DNA of 32,000 nucleotides from Candidatus Saccharimonadota bacterium (GTDB lineage Bacteria > Bacteroidota > Bacteroidia > Cytophagales > Amoebophilaceae). How positions within the stretch are numbered: position 1 is the stretch's first letter; each line of letters starts with the position of its first letter. Below, piece after piece: positions 18,211-26,781 of this stretch. The position numbers and the translations under genes were made by a program. The notes under the pieces are model-generated. The model did not search any database. It had not been told where the DNA came from and saw only the letters and a program-made list of their open reading frames with translations. The stretch lies in contig NZ_OW441264.1 in the NCBI RefSeq assembly GCF_936981045.1, positions 30,001-62,000 on the forward strand, read 5' to 3'.

Positions 18211-19347
18211 ATGGAAAATTTCCTTATTCCTCGGCGTTTTGTTCGTATAAAAGCGCTACAAAATTTTTATGCTTATGCTATTTCACAAAAAGTCTATCAA
18301 AAAGAGGCCGTAGAACAAGTAAAAAAAGACTTTATATTTGATCCCTTTCTAGATGCACCGGACCAAAAAGAGCTACTCCCTGCAAAGCAAAGTATAGCGG
18401 TTGCACTTTGCTCAGAAGCAGTAGCCACAATGCTTCCTACTCATGCTTTTGTTTATGGAGAAAACAAAAAAATTGAGGAATCTGTACGTAGGCATCTTTT
18501 CTACTATGGAGCAGCATTGAAGGAAGCACAAATCCTTTTACAGAATGGATTTAACCGGTCTAAGGAATCTATCTACATCGGTCTTTTATATGCTTTGCTA
18601 TTACTGATAGAATGGTATAAATTGGCAAAAGCATCGCACGACCCATCCAAACCAGCAGATCATCTGCTTAAAAACCAGCTGGCACAAGACCCCTTGCTAG
18701 AGGAGTTGTATCACAACAGCAACTGGATTAATGCCATCTATAAAAATGGCGTCAGCTGGGCTAAGGATCAAGACCAAGTAGAAAACTGGTATAAACAATT
18801 CATCCAACCTACAGAAATGCCAAAATCATATAGATCAGATTCCAATAATAGTATAAAATTTTTGGAGTACATCCTTCAAAATATTATATTCCAGGAAGGT
18901 CCCATCAATGATTTTTTAGCTATGGCAGATCTATACTGGGATGAACATAAGCGCATGGTAAAAAAAATTTTAACCCGTATCTTTATCATGCTCTCAACAA
19001 AAGATTTTACTAGATTTACTACATTTTGGCATAACTTAGAGGAAAAATGGGCTATAGAAGCAGCGTTTTACAATCGCCTTTTAACGACTGTTATACAAAA
19101 CAGCACTCTTTATGAGACTATGATTGGTGAAAAAACTGAAAAATGGGATTGTGAACGCATCCTATTAACAGATAAGTTGATACTCAAATTGGCCCTAGCA
19201 GAATTGCTTGAGTGTAAGGAAATACCCTTTAAGGTCTCTATAAATGAGTACATTGAAATAGCAAAATGGTATGGCACTGCTAAAAGCAGTGTCTTTATAA
19301 ATGGTGTACTAGAGGGTATCTTAAAGGGACTAGAAAATGAAAAATAA
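18211..19347 (+). CDS. nusB: Transcription antitermination factor NusB (long Bacteroidota form)
   Basis: 378 aa. The N-terminus is RRFVRIKALQNFYAY. The C-terminus EKWDCERILLTDKLILKLALAELLECKEIPFKVSINEYIEIAKWYGTAKSSVFINGVLEGIL matches the NusB core. Confidence 0.7.
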   Translation: MENFLIPRRFVRIKALQNFYAYAISQKVYQKEAVEQVKKDFIFDPFLDAPDQKELLPAKQSIAVALCSEAVATMLPTHAFVYGENKKIEESVRRHLFYYGAALKEAQILLQNGFNRSKESIYIGLLYALLLLIEWYKLAKASHDPSKPADHLLKNQLAQDPLLEELYHNSNWINAIYKNGVSWAKDQDQVENWYKQFIQPTEMPKSYRSDSNNSIKFLEYILQNIIFQEGPINDFLAMADLYWDEHKRMVKKILTRIFIMLSTKDFTRFTTFWHNLEEKWAIEAAFYNRLLTTVIQNSTLYETMIGEKTEKWDCERILLTDKLILKLALAELLECKEIPFKVSINEYIEIAKWYGTAKSSVFINGVLEGILKGLENEK

Positions 19348-19377
19348 AAAGAACCCAATTACTTAACCGGCTCAATC

Positions 19378-19680
19378 ATGATAAAAAGAACTGAAAATTT
19401 AATGATCCTTTGCTTAGGTTTCTGTTTAGGTGCTTTTGTAAGCATCCTTTCTGCACCTACAAAAGGGGAAATAACTAGCGATGGAATGATTTACAACTTA
19501 AAATCATGTAAAAAACAGTTACAAGCTTTTATTCTAAAGCTTATAGGAAATAAAAATGCTATTGTAAACGAAGCTAAAACCACAGGTAAAGAGGTCATTA
19601 CGGATGTGGTAAACTCTGCGCAACAAATTTTAAAAGAGTTGCAATTAATCGAAAGGCAATTGGAACAAAAAACGCACTAG
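19378..19680 (+). CDS. Small membrane-anchored protein, possibly YtxH-like
   Basis: 100 aa. The N-terminal TM segment is followed by SAPTKGEIT (compare the YtxH FAPKSGKETR motif) and then a helical tail. The assignment is weak. Confidence 0.35.
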   Translation: MIKRTENLMILCLGFCLGAFVSILSAPTKGEITSDGMIYNLKSCKKQLQAFILKLIGNKNAIVNEAKTTGKEVITDVVNSAQQILKELQLIERQLEQKTH

Positions 19681-19886
19681 AAGCAATTACATCTGTTCAG
19701 GCCAGTGGTAAAAAAGAATGTGCATGCTACCTTATCTGTTCAAGTCAGTGTGGTAAATATGGAATGTATATGCTACTTTTTGCTTGATCAAAAAGTAGCC
19801 AAAAAATCAGGTTCTGTCGCGTCTATATTTTCGTTAGTAAAGGCTTTTCTTTTAAGTGAAGTTTTGGATATATATTGGGTATTATG

Positions 19887-21217
19887 GGCTCTGTCCACTT
19901 AAGTGTGTAAATTATTTTTTTGGTTTTATTCAATTCTGTTTTCAACTTTAATTAAAAAATGTGCCATAGCCTCGCTCCAGTTATGAATAGAGGTGGTCCA
20001 TTTTCTAATCATGTAGTTAATAGTTAGATATAATGTTTTAAAAATAGCTAGATCGTTAGGGAACACTTTTTTATTTTTGGTAACTCTACGAAATTGGCTA
20101 TTTACAGATTCCAAACATTTGTTGTGTAAATGACCTTACGTATGGCATTAGGGTACTGTAAAAATACCATCAGATTATCCCAGTTAGCATACCAAGATTG
20201 GGCTATTTGTGGGTATTGTTGATTCCACTTAGTAGCAAAAGCTTCTAAGGCCATCAATGCTTCTTGCTTGGTAACTGCTGTATAAATTGGTTTTAAATCA
20301 GCAACTAATACCTTTCTATGTTTATAAGAAACATGCTGCAAACTACCCCTAATTGCATGAACAATACAGAGCTGATGTTCCGTTTTTGGGTATACAGCAG
20401 CAATGGCCTCAGACATGCCTGACAAATTATCTGTACATGCAATGAGCATATCGTTCATACCCCGATTTTTGAGTTCTGTTAAATTGCCTAACCAAAATTT
20501 AGCCTCTTCATTTTCACTCATCCAAAGCCCTAAAACATCCTTTATGCCAGATCTATCTATACCTAAAGCGACATAGACTGCCTTGTTGATGATGCGCTTA
20601 TCTTGTCTAACTTTAACTACAAAGCAATCAAAAAAACAATAGGATAGACTGATTCTAAGGGACGATTTTGCCATATCTTAACATCTTCAATAACAAAGTC
20701 TGTGATGTTACTTATCAAGCTTTCACTTACTTCTGCGCCATATAATTCCTGTATTTGAATCTGAATATCTGACAGACTCATACCTTTAGCATATAAAGAT
20801 AAGATCTTATCATCCAAACCAGGAATTCTTGTTTGACGATTAGGCAATAAAATAGGTTCAAAAGTAGATGCTCTACCTCTGGGTACTTCAACCGATATAA
20901 CGCCATTATCAGTAATAACTTGCTTACTGGATAATCCATTACGTACATTCTCTGAATCACTACGTACATACTTATTATAACCTAAATGGTCATCCATTTC
21001 TGACTATAATGTTTTTTCTACAAGACGCTTACTTAATTGTTTGAGTAAGCCGTCTTGATCAAAAAGTCTGGAAAGATCTACACCTGATTCTATCAGTACA
21101 TCTATGGCCTTGCTTATCCCATCTTTAACTGTCTCTTTTCTTTTCATTGTTTTAAGTGTTATGATTTAGGTAAAGATAAATCTTAAAAAATATTTACACA
21201 CTTAAAACAAAAGACCC
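19887..21217 (-). mobile_element. IS256-family insertion sequence (1331 bp) inserted into the right end of IS6 copy 4
   Basis: The imperfect IRs are GGCTCTGTCCACTTAAGTGTGTAAAT and GGGTCTTTTGTTTTAAGTGTGTAAAT (reverse complement of the other end). An 8-bp direct repeat GTATTATG sits at 19879-19886 and 21218-21225. Removing the insert plus one repeat copy restores the IS6 sequence. Confidence 0.85.
19926..21147 (-). pseudogene. IS256-family (mutator-type) transposase, decayed
   Basis: The N-terminus MKRKETVKDGISKAIDV...LVEKTL runs into an in-frame TAG at 21004-21006. Three ORF-track pieces follow (20617..20997, 20102..20674, 19926..20114). Frameshifts lie near 20640 (T/A run; YPIVFL|DCFVVKVRQD) and near 20110 (IYTTN|ESVNSQFRRVTKNK). 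Confidence 0.85.
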
Positions 21218-21220
21218 GTA

Positions 21221-21895
21221 TTATGCGGCCATTAGCATAACAAAATTCTCAAAAGTAGAAAGATGATTTTTAGCTCTGATTACTTGTCCTTTTTGAATCA
21301 TACAAATGTTTTCTATCCCTGCAATGGTAATGGCTGCAGCCTTAAAACACTTAAAACTAAGCATAGGTTTTAGCCGTTTTTTGATAAACCTATGATCTTG
21401 TTCAACTCTATTATTCAAGTATTTGTTTTGAAATATTTGAATGGTATGATCTTGATCAAGTTCTGTATTGATCGTATCAAAGGCAGCTTTATTACTACCG
21501 CTTTTGTCAATTACTACTTTCTTAGGAATATTATTTTCTGTGATCGCCTTACGAAAAAAAGAAAAAGCTGCAGACTTGTCTCTATGCTCAGATAGAAAAA
21601 AGTTAACTGTATCACCATAACGATCTACTGCTCTATATAAATAGATCCACTTCCCGTTTAGTTTAACATAGGTTTCATCCATTCTCCAACTACCACCAAC
21701 TGGTCGTTTTCTTTTGCTTACTGCTTCATCTATAAGAGGAACAAACTTAATAACCCATCTTTGTAGCGTAGAATGATCAACTCTTGCGCCTCTCATACGC
21801 ATCATATCTTCCAAATCTCTATAGCTCAAGGAAAAACGACATTTCATCTAGACAAATAACAGGATGACTTCTGCTGAAGAACAATAGCCTTTAAA
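21221..21895 (-). pseudogene. IS6-family transposase with an in-frame TAG and a missing N-terminus (ORF 21221..21847 otherwise intact)
   Basis: The ORF is 208 aa from MKCRFSLSYRDLEDMM. A TAG lies at 21848-21850. The start-codon region found in other copies is replaced by the half-MITE at 21898-21964. Confidence 0.8.
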
Positions 21896-21897
21896 AT

Positions 21898-21964
21898 GCA
21901 AATATTAACTAAATAATTGATATTAAATTGTTGTAAATCAGTCAAATAAATCCAGAACTCACGT
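21898..21964 (-). repeat. Half-MITE (one arm, 67 bp) replacing about 59 bp of the IS6 copy 4 left end
   Basis: GCAAATATTAACTAAATAATTGATATTAAATTGTTGTAAATCAGTCAAATAAATCCAGAACTCACGT equals the terminal arm of the 240-bp MITE (compare 30539-30605). Confidence 0.8.
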
Positions 21965-22109
21965 TAAAATAATGATTTTTTAGAATAAACGCAACAGAAC
22001 CCTGCTTTATCAAGAAAAAAGTGTGATATAAATTTTTACCACTGACTTGAAAAGATACTTTGATTTTTTGGCTACTTGTTGATCCAACCACAAGTAAGAA
22101 AAAAATTCC

Positions 22110-23816
22110 TTACAATTCCTTCCAAGCCTTACGCACAAATTGCGCCAAGGAACGAATATGTTGCCTGCTAAAATCAAAAAAAACACCAGCGGTTTGGTAG
22201 ACCTTATGCATGGATGCCGTATGCCCTAACCTTAATGCATTTAGGTAATTATTCAACGCTTGTTTCGGGTTTTCTTGCGCATTTTTCCATACGCCAATCG
22301 CACCAAGCTGTGCAATAGCATATTCGATATAATAGAAAGGCACTTCAAAAAGATGGAGTTGTTTTTGCCATAAATGGGTTTTGACTAGCTCATAACCGGT
22401 CCAATCTGTTAGGTTGTCTGAAAAGTTACTAAAGATACGGTTCCAGTTTTCTACTCTTTCTGCTAAAGTATGATCAGGGTGCGTATAAACCCAATGTTGA
22501 AAAGCATCAATGGTAGCCATCCATGGCAAACAACTGATCACATGGATCAAATGATCTTTTTTAGCACGATTGAGATCCTCTTGATTGGTAAAGAAAACAT
22601 CCCAATGCGGTATGGTAAGCAACTCCATAGACATGGAAGCCAACTCTGCAATCTCTGATGGACAATGTTTAAAAGCATTTAGGCGCAAGCTATGCACTAG
22701 AAAGGAATGAACAGCATGACCTCCTTCATGAAACATGGTCAATAGATCGCCTACAGTGGAAGCCGCATTCATAAAAATAAAAGGCACCCCGGTCTCATCC
22801 AAAGGATAATTATATCCACCAGGCGCTTTGCCCTTACGAGAAGCCAATTCCAAATGGCCCATCTGCTGCATGGTACGCAAACAATCTGCTAAAAAAGGAT
22901 CTAATCGTTCAAATACTGTAATCGTTTTAGCCACCAGCTCTGTCGCATCTACAAAGGGACGCAATGGTTTTCTGCCCTGTACATCTACTGCATGGTCAAA
23001 TGGCTGCAATATAGTCAATCCAAGCTGCTCTTTGCGATCTTCTGCTAGCTCATTGAGTAACGGTACTATTTCTTCCTTAATAGCGGCATGAAAGGTAAAA
23101 CAATCTTCTAGGGTGTAATCAAAGCGATTCATGGATACAAAAGCATAATCTCTAAAATTCTTGAAACCAGCATTCAGGGCTACTTGATGACGTTGCTGAA
23201 TCAGCTTGGAGTAGAGTGCATTGAGTGCATCTTTATCTTGCAACCTGCGTTGTTGTATCTTATCATATACCTCTTTTCGAAAGGCCCTATCGGTCGATTC
23301 TAAATGGGCTTCAGCTTGCTGCAAGGTGCATTCTTTCCTAGCTATTTCTACCACCATCACAGCTGAAATAACACCGAATTGTCTTGTATTTAACTGAATT
23401 TCAGTTTGAATGGGTATGTTTTCTTCTTTGTAGCAACGCAATTGATTTTCAATCTTTCGAAAAAAGATATCATATTGTGCTTCTTTACGCAAGATATGCG
23501 CCTCTTTTGCGGCTAAAACCTTTTGATGTAGTTGATCTGTAACAGCTGCTACATGAGGAACTATAGCGGTAATATAGTACTCATAACGATCTTTAGCCGT
23601 TCCATCAGTAGTATCGCAAGAAGTATGAATGTAACGCCATCCAGCATCTTCTTCTAGTACCCCTTCTAGTTCGCTCCAATCGGCTAAAAACTGTGTAAGA
23701 CCATCCAATGAAGAGAGGTCTCTAGCCAGCAGATTACTATAAAAAGGTTGCATAGAAGCCCAGTCTGTGATAGCGTAATCTACTGGCACAAAAGTACGAA
23801 TATATTTTTGCATCAT
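22110..23816 (-). CDS. pepF: Oligoendopeptidase F (M3B metallopeptidase)
   Basis: 568 aa with the HEGGHAVH zinc motif (HExxH). The overall length and the C-terminal pattern (FEVPFYYIEYAIAQLGA) are typical of the PepF/M3 family. Confidence 0.85.
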   Translation of the reverse strand: MMQKYIRTFVPVDYAITDWASMQPFYSNLLARDLSSLDGLTQFLADWSELEGVLEEDAGWRYIHTSCDTTDGTAKDRYEYYITAIVPHVAAVTDQLHQKVLAAKEAHILRKEAQYDIFFRKIENQLRCYKEENIPIQTEIQLNTRQFGVISAVMVVEIARKECTLQQAEAHLESTDRAFRKEVYDKIQQRRLQDKDALNALYSKLIQQRHQVALNAGFKNFRDYAFVSMNRFDYTLEDCFTFHAAIKEEIVPLLNELAEDRKEQLGLTILQPFDHAVDVQGRKPLRPFVDATELVAKTITVFERLDPFLADCLRTMQQMGHLELASRKGKAPGGYNYPLDETGVPFIFMNAASTVGDLLTMFHEGGHAVHSFLVHSLRLNAFKHCPSEIAELASMSMELLTIPHWDVFFTNQEDLNRAKKDHLIHVISCLPWMATIDAFQHWVYTHPDHTLAERVENWNRIFSNFSDNLTDWTGYELVKTHLWQKQLHLFEVPFYYIEYAIAQLGAIGVWKNAQENPKQALNNYLNALRLGHTASMHKVYQTAGVFFDFSRQHIRSLAQFVRKAWKEL

Positions 23817-23947
23817 TTAAATTTTTATAGTACAATTAATGTTAATTTTATTTAGAGATCAGAAAAAAAAATCCATGCATTATCTTTTTGTTTTTACAAC
23901 ATTAAGTGCCTCTATAACCAATTTGTGTCCTTTTCGGGTAGCCAAAG

Positions 23948-24737
23948 GGTTCTGTCGCGTCTATATTTTCGTTAGTAACGTCTTTTCTTTTAAGTGAAGT
24001 TTTGGATATATATTGGTTATTATTCGGCCATTAGCATAACAAAATTCTCAAAACCAGAAAGATGATTTTTAGCTCCGATTACTTGTCCTTTTTGAATCAT
24101 ACGAATGTTTTCTATCCCTGCAATGGTAATGGCTGCAGCCTTAAAACACTTAAAACTAAGCATAGGTTTTAGCCGTTTTTCGATAAACCTATGATCTTGT
24201 TCAAGTTCTGTATTGATCGCATCAAGGGCAGCTTTATTACTACCGTTTTTGTCAATTACTACTTTCTTAGGAATATTATTTTCTGTGATCGCCTTACGAA
24301 AAAAAGAAAAAGCTGCAGACTTGTCTCTATGCTCAGATAGAAAAAAGTCAACTGTATCACCATAACGATCTACTGCTCTATATAAATAGATTCACTTCCC
24401 GTTTAGTTTAACATAGGTTTCATCCATTCTCCAACTACCACCAACTGGTCGTTTTCTTTTGCTTACTGCTTCATCTATAAGAGGAACAAACTTAATAACC
24501 CATCTTTGTAGCGTAGAATGATCAACTCTTGCGCCTCTCATACGCATCATCTCTTCCAAATCTCTATAGCTCAAGGAAAAACGACATTTCATCTAGACAA
24601 ATAACAAGATGACTTCTGCTGAAGAACAATAGCCCTTAAAATAAGGTAATAATTTGGGCGAAACATTAAACATAATAACTACTTTTTTAACTACAGATAC
24701 TAAAATAATGATTTTTTAGAATAAACGCGACAAAACC
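23948..24737 (-). mobile_element. IS6-family insertion sequence, copy 5 (degenerate; transposase is a pseudogene)
   Basis: IRs start at 23948 and end at 24737 (one mismatch, CGCGACAAAACC). An internal deletion of about 51 bp lies near 24195-24200, between GATCTTGTTCAA-like repeats. A TGA created at about 24391 truncates the ORF to 66 aa (24392..24592). The shared TAG is at 24593-24595. Confidence 0.85.
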
Positions 24738-24816
24738 CGTGCACAGGGGACTCATGCAGTCGTGCGTGCAGAACACGGTACAGCTATCGACGCCGCTTGT
24801 GAACAATTGCGTAGTC

Positions 24817-25056
24817 ACGTGAGTTCGTGATTTATTTGACTGATTTACAACAATTTAACATCAATTATTTAGTTAATATTTGCACCTATTTAACAAGTTT
24901 TTATATCTAATTTTATAAATATAATATATATAATAAACTGATTACCAGAATTATTTGTTATTCAACTACCTATTTAACTGTCTATAAAACAAATTTTATA
25001 AATTTTTATTAATGTTGATTATCAAATGAAAAAATAATCTAATCCCGAACTCACGT
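24817..25056 (+). mobile_element. 240-bp non-coding MITE, copy c
   Basis: ACGTGAGTTCGTGATTTATTTGACTG ... AATCCCGAACTCACGT. Flanks are TAGTC / TAGTA (4 of 5 identical). Confidence 0.85.
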
Positions 25057-25211
25057 TAGTAAGCACCTGCCATACAAGCTAGGGGCTTGATGCACGCTGC
25101 TACTTTTGGTATAAATGGTTAAAAAATAGTAACTTGGCTTAGCTACTTGCTTAAAGCAAGAAGGTATTGCAACCAAAATATGCAACATTTATCAAAAAAC
25201 GTTCAAATATC

Positions 25212-26495
25212 ATGAATAAAACAGTTGTTACTAAAGAAGAAATTTTAGCCTATCACGCTAAATTTCCGGCTGGAAAGATAGGTACCTGCGTTACCAAGCC
25301 ACTCCATACACCTCGTAATATCATTACAGCCTATACCCCTGGTGTGGGCACTATTTGCGAAGAAATTGCTGAATCTAATGAAAAGGTTTACCAATATACC
25401 AATAAAGGCAACTTGGTAGGTATTCTATCCAATGGTACAGCTGTATTAGGCTATGGTTATATTGGTCCTTTAGCTGCTAAACCGGTTATGGAAGCAAAGG
25501 CAATGATCTTAAAACAGTTTGCTGGCGTGGATGCTTTTGACATTGAAATTGATGCAACTAGTCCTGAAGACGCAATACAAGTTATTAAAGCATTGGCACC
25601 TACTTTTGGTGCACTTAACCTAGAGGACATTAAAGCACCTGAATGCTTCCAAATTGAAGAAGCATTGATGGCTCAATTGGATATACCGATTATGCATGAT
25701 GACCAACATGCTACAGCTATTGTAGCAGCTGCTGCTTTATTAAATGCCTTATTAATTGTAAATAAGGATATTGCACAGGTACAGATCGTCTTTAGCGGAG
25801 CTGGCGCAGGAGCGACTGCTACGGCAAAACTTTTAGTTGCCTTAGGAGCCAATCCGGCCCATATCGTTATGTGTGATAGAAAAGGGGTCATTCGTAAGGA
25901 TAGAAGTGATCTTGAGCCTATCAAAGCACCCTTTGCTACGGACCGTTCCGTACATACCCTACATGATGCAATGGTTGGGGCAGATGTTTTTATAGGTCTC
26001 TCTTCTGGGAATCTATTAATGAGTCAAAGTATAGAGCCAATGGCTAAGGATCCTATTATTTTTGGATTAGCAAACCCTGTTCCAGAAATTTCTTACCGAG
26101 ATACTATGACTACTAGACCAGATGCGATCTTTGCCACAGGACGTGGCGATTACCCCAACCAAGTAAATAATTTACTTGCTTTTCCTTACATTTTTAGAGG
26201 CGCTTTAGACGTGCGTGCTTCTGCCATCAATGGAGCTATGCAACAAGCTGCTGTACAAGCCATTCAACAACTAGCACAAGAAGAGGTACCCGTTTATGTT
26301 CGTAAATACTATGGTGGAACGATGCATTTTGGAAAAGAATATCTACTCCCTAAGCCTATGGATACACGTTTGTTCTCTACCGTTTCTATAGCTGTTGCGC
26401 AAGCCGCTATGGATTCTGGTGTGGCTAAACATCCTATTCATGATTGGGATGCTTATAGAATAGAGCTATCAGAACGCGTAGGGCATCAAAATTAA
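25212..26495 (+). CDS. NAD(P)-dependent malic enzyme (short form, no PTA domain)
   Basis: The ORF-track entry is 25167..26495 (TTG start); ATG at 25212 is more likely. YTPGVGTICEEI...GNLVGILSNGTAVLGYGYIGPLAAKPVMEAKAMILKQFAGVDAFDIEI and GAGAGATA (Rossmann) match prokaryotic malic enzymes. Confidence 0.85.
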   Translation: MNKTVVTKEEILAYHAKFPAGKIGTCVTKPLHTPRNIITAYTPGVGTICEEIAESNEKVYQYTNKGNLVGILSNGTAVLGYGYIGPLAAKPVMEAKAMILKQFAGVDAFDIEIDATSPEDAIQVIKALAPTFGALNLEDIKAPECFQIEEALMAQLDIPIMHDDQHATAIVAAAALLNALLIVNKDIAQVQIVFSGAGAGATATAKLLVALGANPAHIVMCDRKGVIRKDRSDLEPIKAPFATDRSVHTLHDAMVGADVFIGLSSGNLLMSQSIEPMAKDPIIFGLANPVPEISYRDTMTTRPDAIFATGRGDYPNQVNNLLAFPYIFRGALDVRASAINGAMQQAAVQAIQQLAQEEVPVYVRKYYGGTMHFGKEYLLPKPMDTRLFSTVSIAVAQAAMDSGVAKHPIHDWDAYRIELSERVGHQN

Positions 26496-26586
26496 TGGCA
26501 AACTATTCATGCTCTTTTATCTAGTTTTAGATTGAAAGTAAAATTATTAAATTTAAAAGTGATGCAGTCTACAAAAAAAAAGACCA

Positions 26587-26692
26587 CTCTTGTAAAAGGT
26601 TACGATTAGAAGGTCTATCTTTAAAGATGACGAGAAAATCAGTTTGTTTAGACCTGAAAAGCGGGTTCTGATTTTCCAGCTTTAAGGGTAGG
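26587..26692 (+). repeat. P-type palindromic intergenic repeat, copy P3
   Basis: The 5' arm is CTCTTGTAAAAGGTTACGATTAGAAGGTCTATCTTTAAAG and the 3' arm is CCTGAAAAGCGGGTTCTGATTTTCCAGCTTTAAGGGTAGG. Confidence 0.6.
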
Positions 26693-26714
26693 CCTATTTT
26701 TTGCACAGGGCTTG

Positions 26715-26758
26715 ATTTGTATCCTACTTTTTGCTTGAGCAAAAAGTAGGATACAAAT
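26715..26758 (+). repeat. Perfect 20-bp-stem hairpin 24 nt upstream of the pheT start
   Basis: ATTTGTATCCTACTTTTTGC TTGA GCAAAAAGTAGGATACAAAT. It belongs to a recurring CTACTTTTT..CTTGA..AAAAAGTAG motif family. Confidence 0.7.
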
Positions 26759-26781
26759 TCCTTATGGAACGATTGCACACT

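Larger units (their letters stand above)
19810..22001 (-). mobile_element. IS6-family insertion sequence, copy 4, carrying a nested IS256-family element and a half-MITE
   Basis: The right-end IR GGTTCTGTCGCGT is at 19810. The left-end IR complement (one mismatch, GCAACAGAACC) ends at 22001. Flanks are not duplicated. Confidence 0.85.

Noticed and set aside
20631-20650. The homopolymer run in the IS256 transposase might be a programmed ribosomal frameshift site.
   Set aside because: IS256-family transposases are normally single-ORF proteins. This copy also has an in-frame TAG and a second frameshift near 20110, so decay is the simpler explanation.
7598-21595. There are conserved 66-67-aa ORFs antisense to the IS6 transposase (7598..7801, 16553..16753, 21392..21595).
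   Set aside because: They are conserved only because they ride inside near-identical IS copies. Their sequence is low-complexity and Ile/Phe/Leu-rich, typical of the antisense frame of an AT-rich gene, and they have no recognisable motif.
16156-22001. IS6 copies 3 and 4, in inverted orientation, might form a compound transposon carrying an accessory, defence or resistance cargo.
   Set aside because: The enclosed genes (Leu/Val dehydrogenase, nusB and a small membrane protein) are core housekeeping genes. No target duplication brackets the unit, and both transposases are defective. The same reasoning applies to the other IS6-bracketed blocks.
1691-24595. TAG might be reassigned or read through in this organism. 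In-frame TAGs occur in four IS6 transposases and in the IS256 transposase.
   Set aside because: TAG ends floA (5395-5397), nhaP2, the crotonase gene, the ytxH-like ORF and zapA at positions that give normal protein lengths and C-termini. TAG therefore appears to be an ordinary stop, and the in-frame TAGs are better explained as nonsense mutations.
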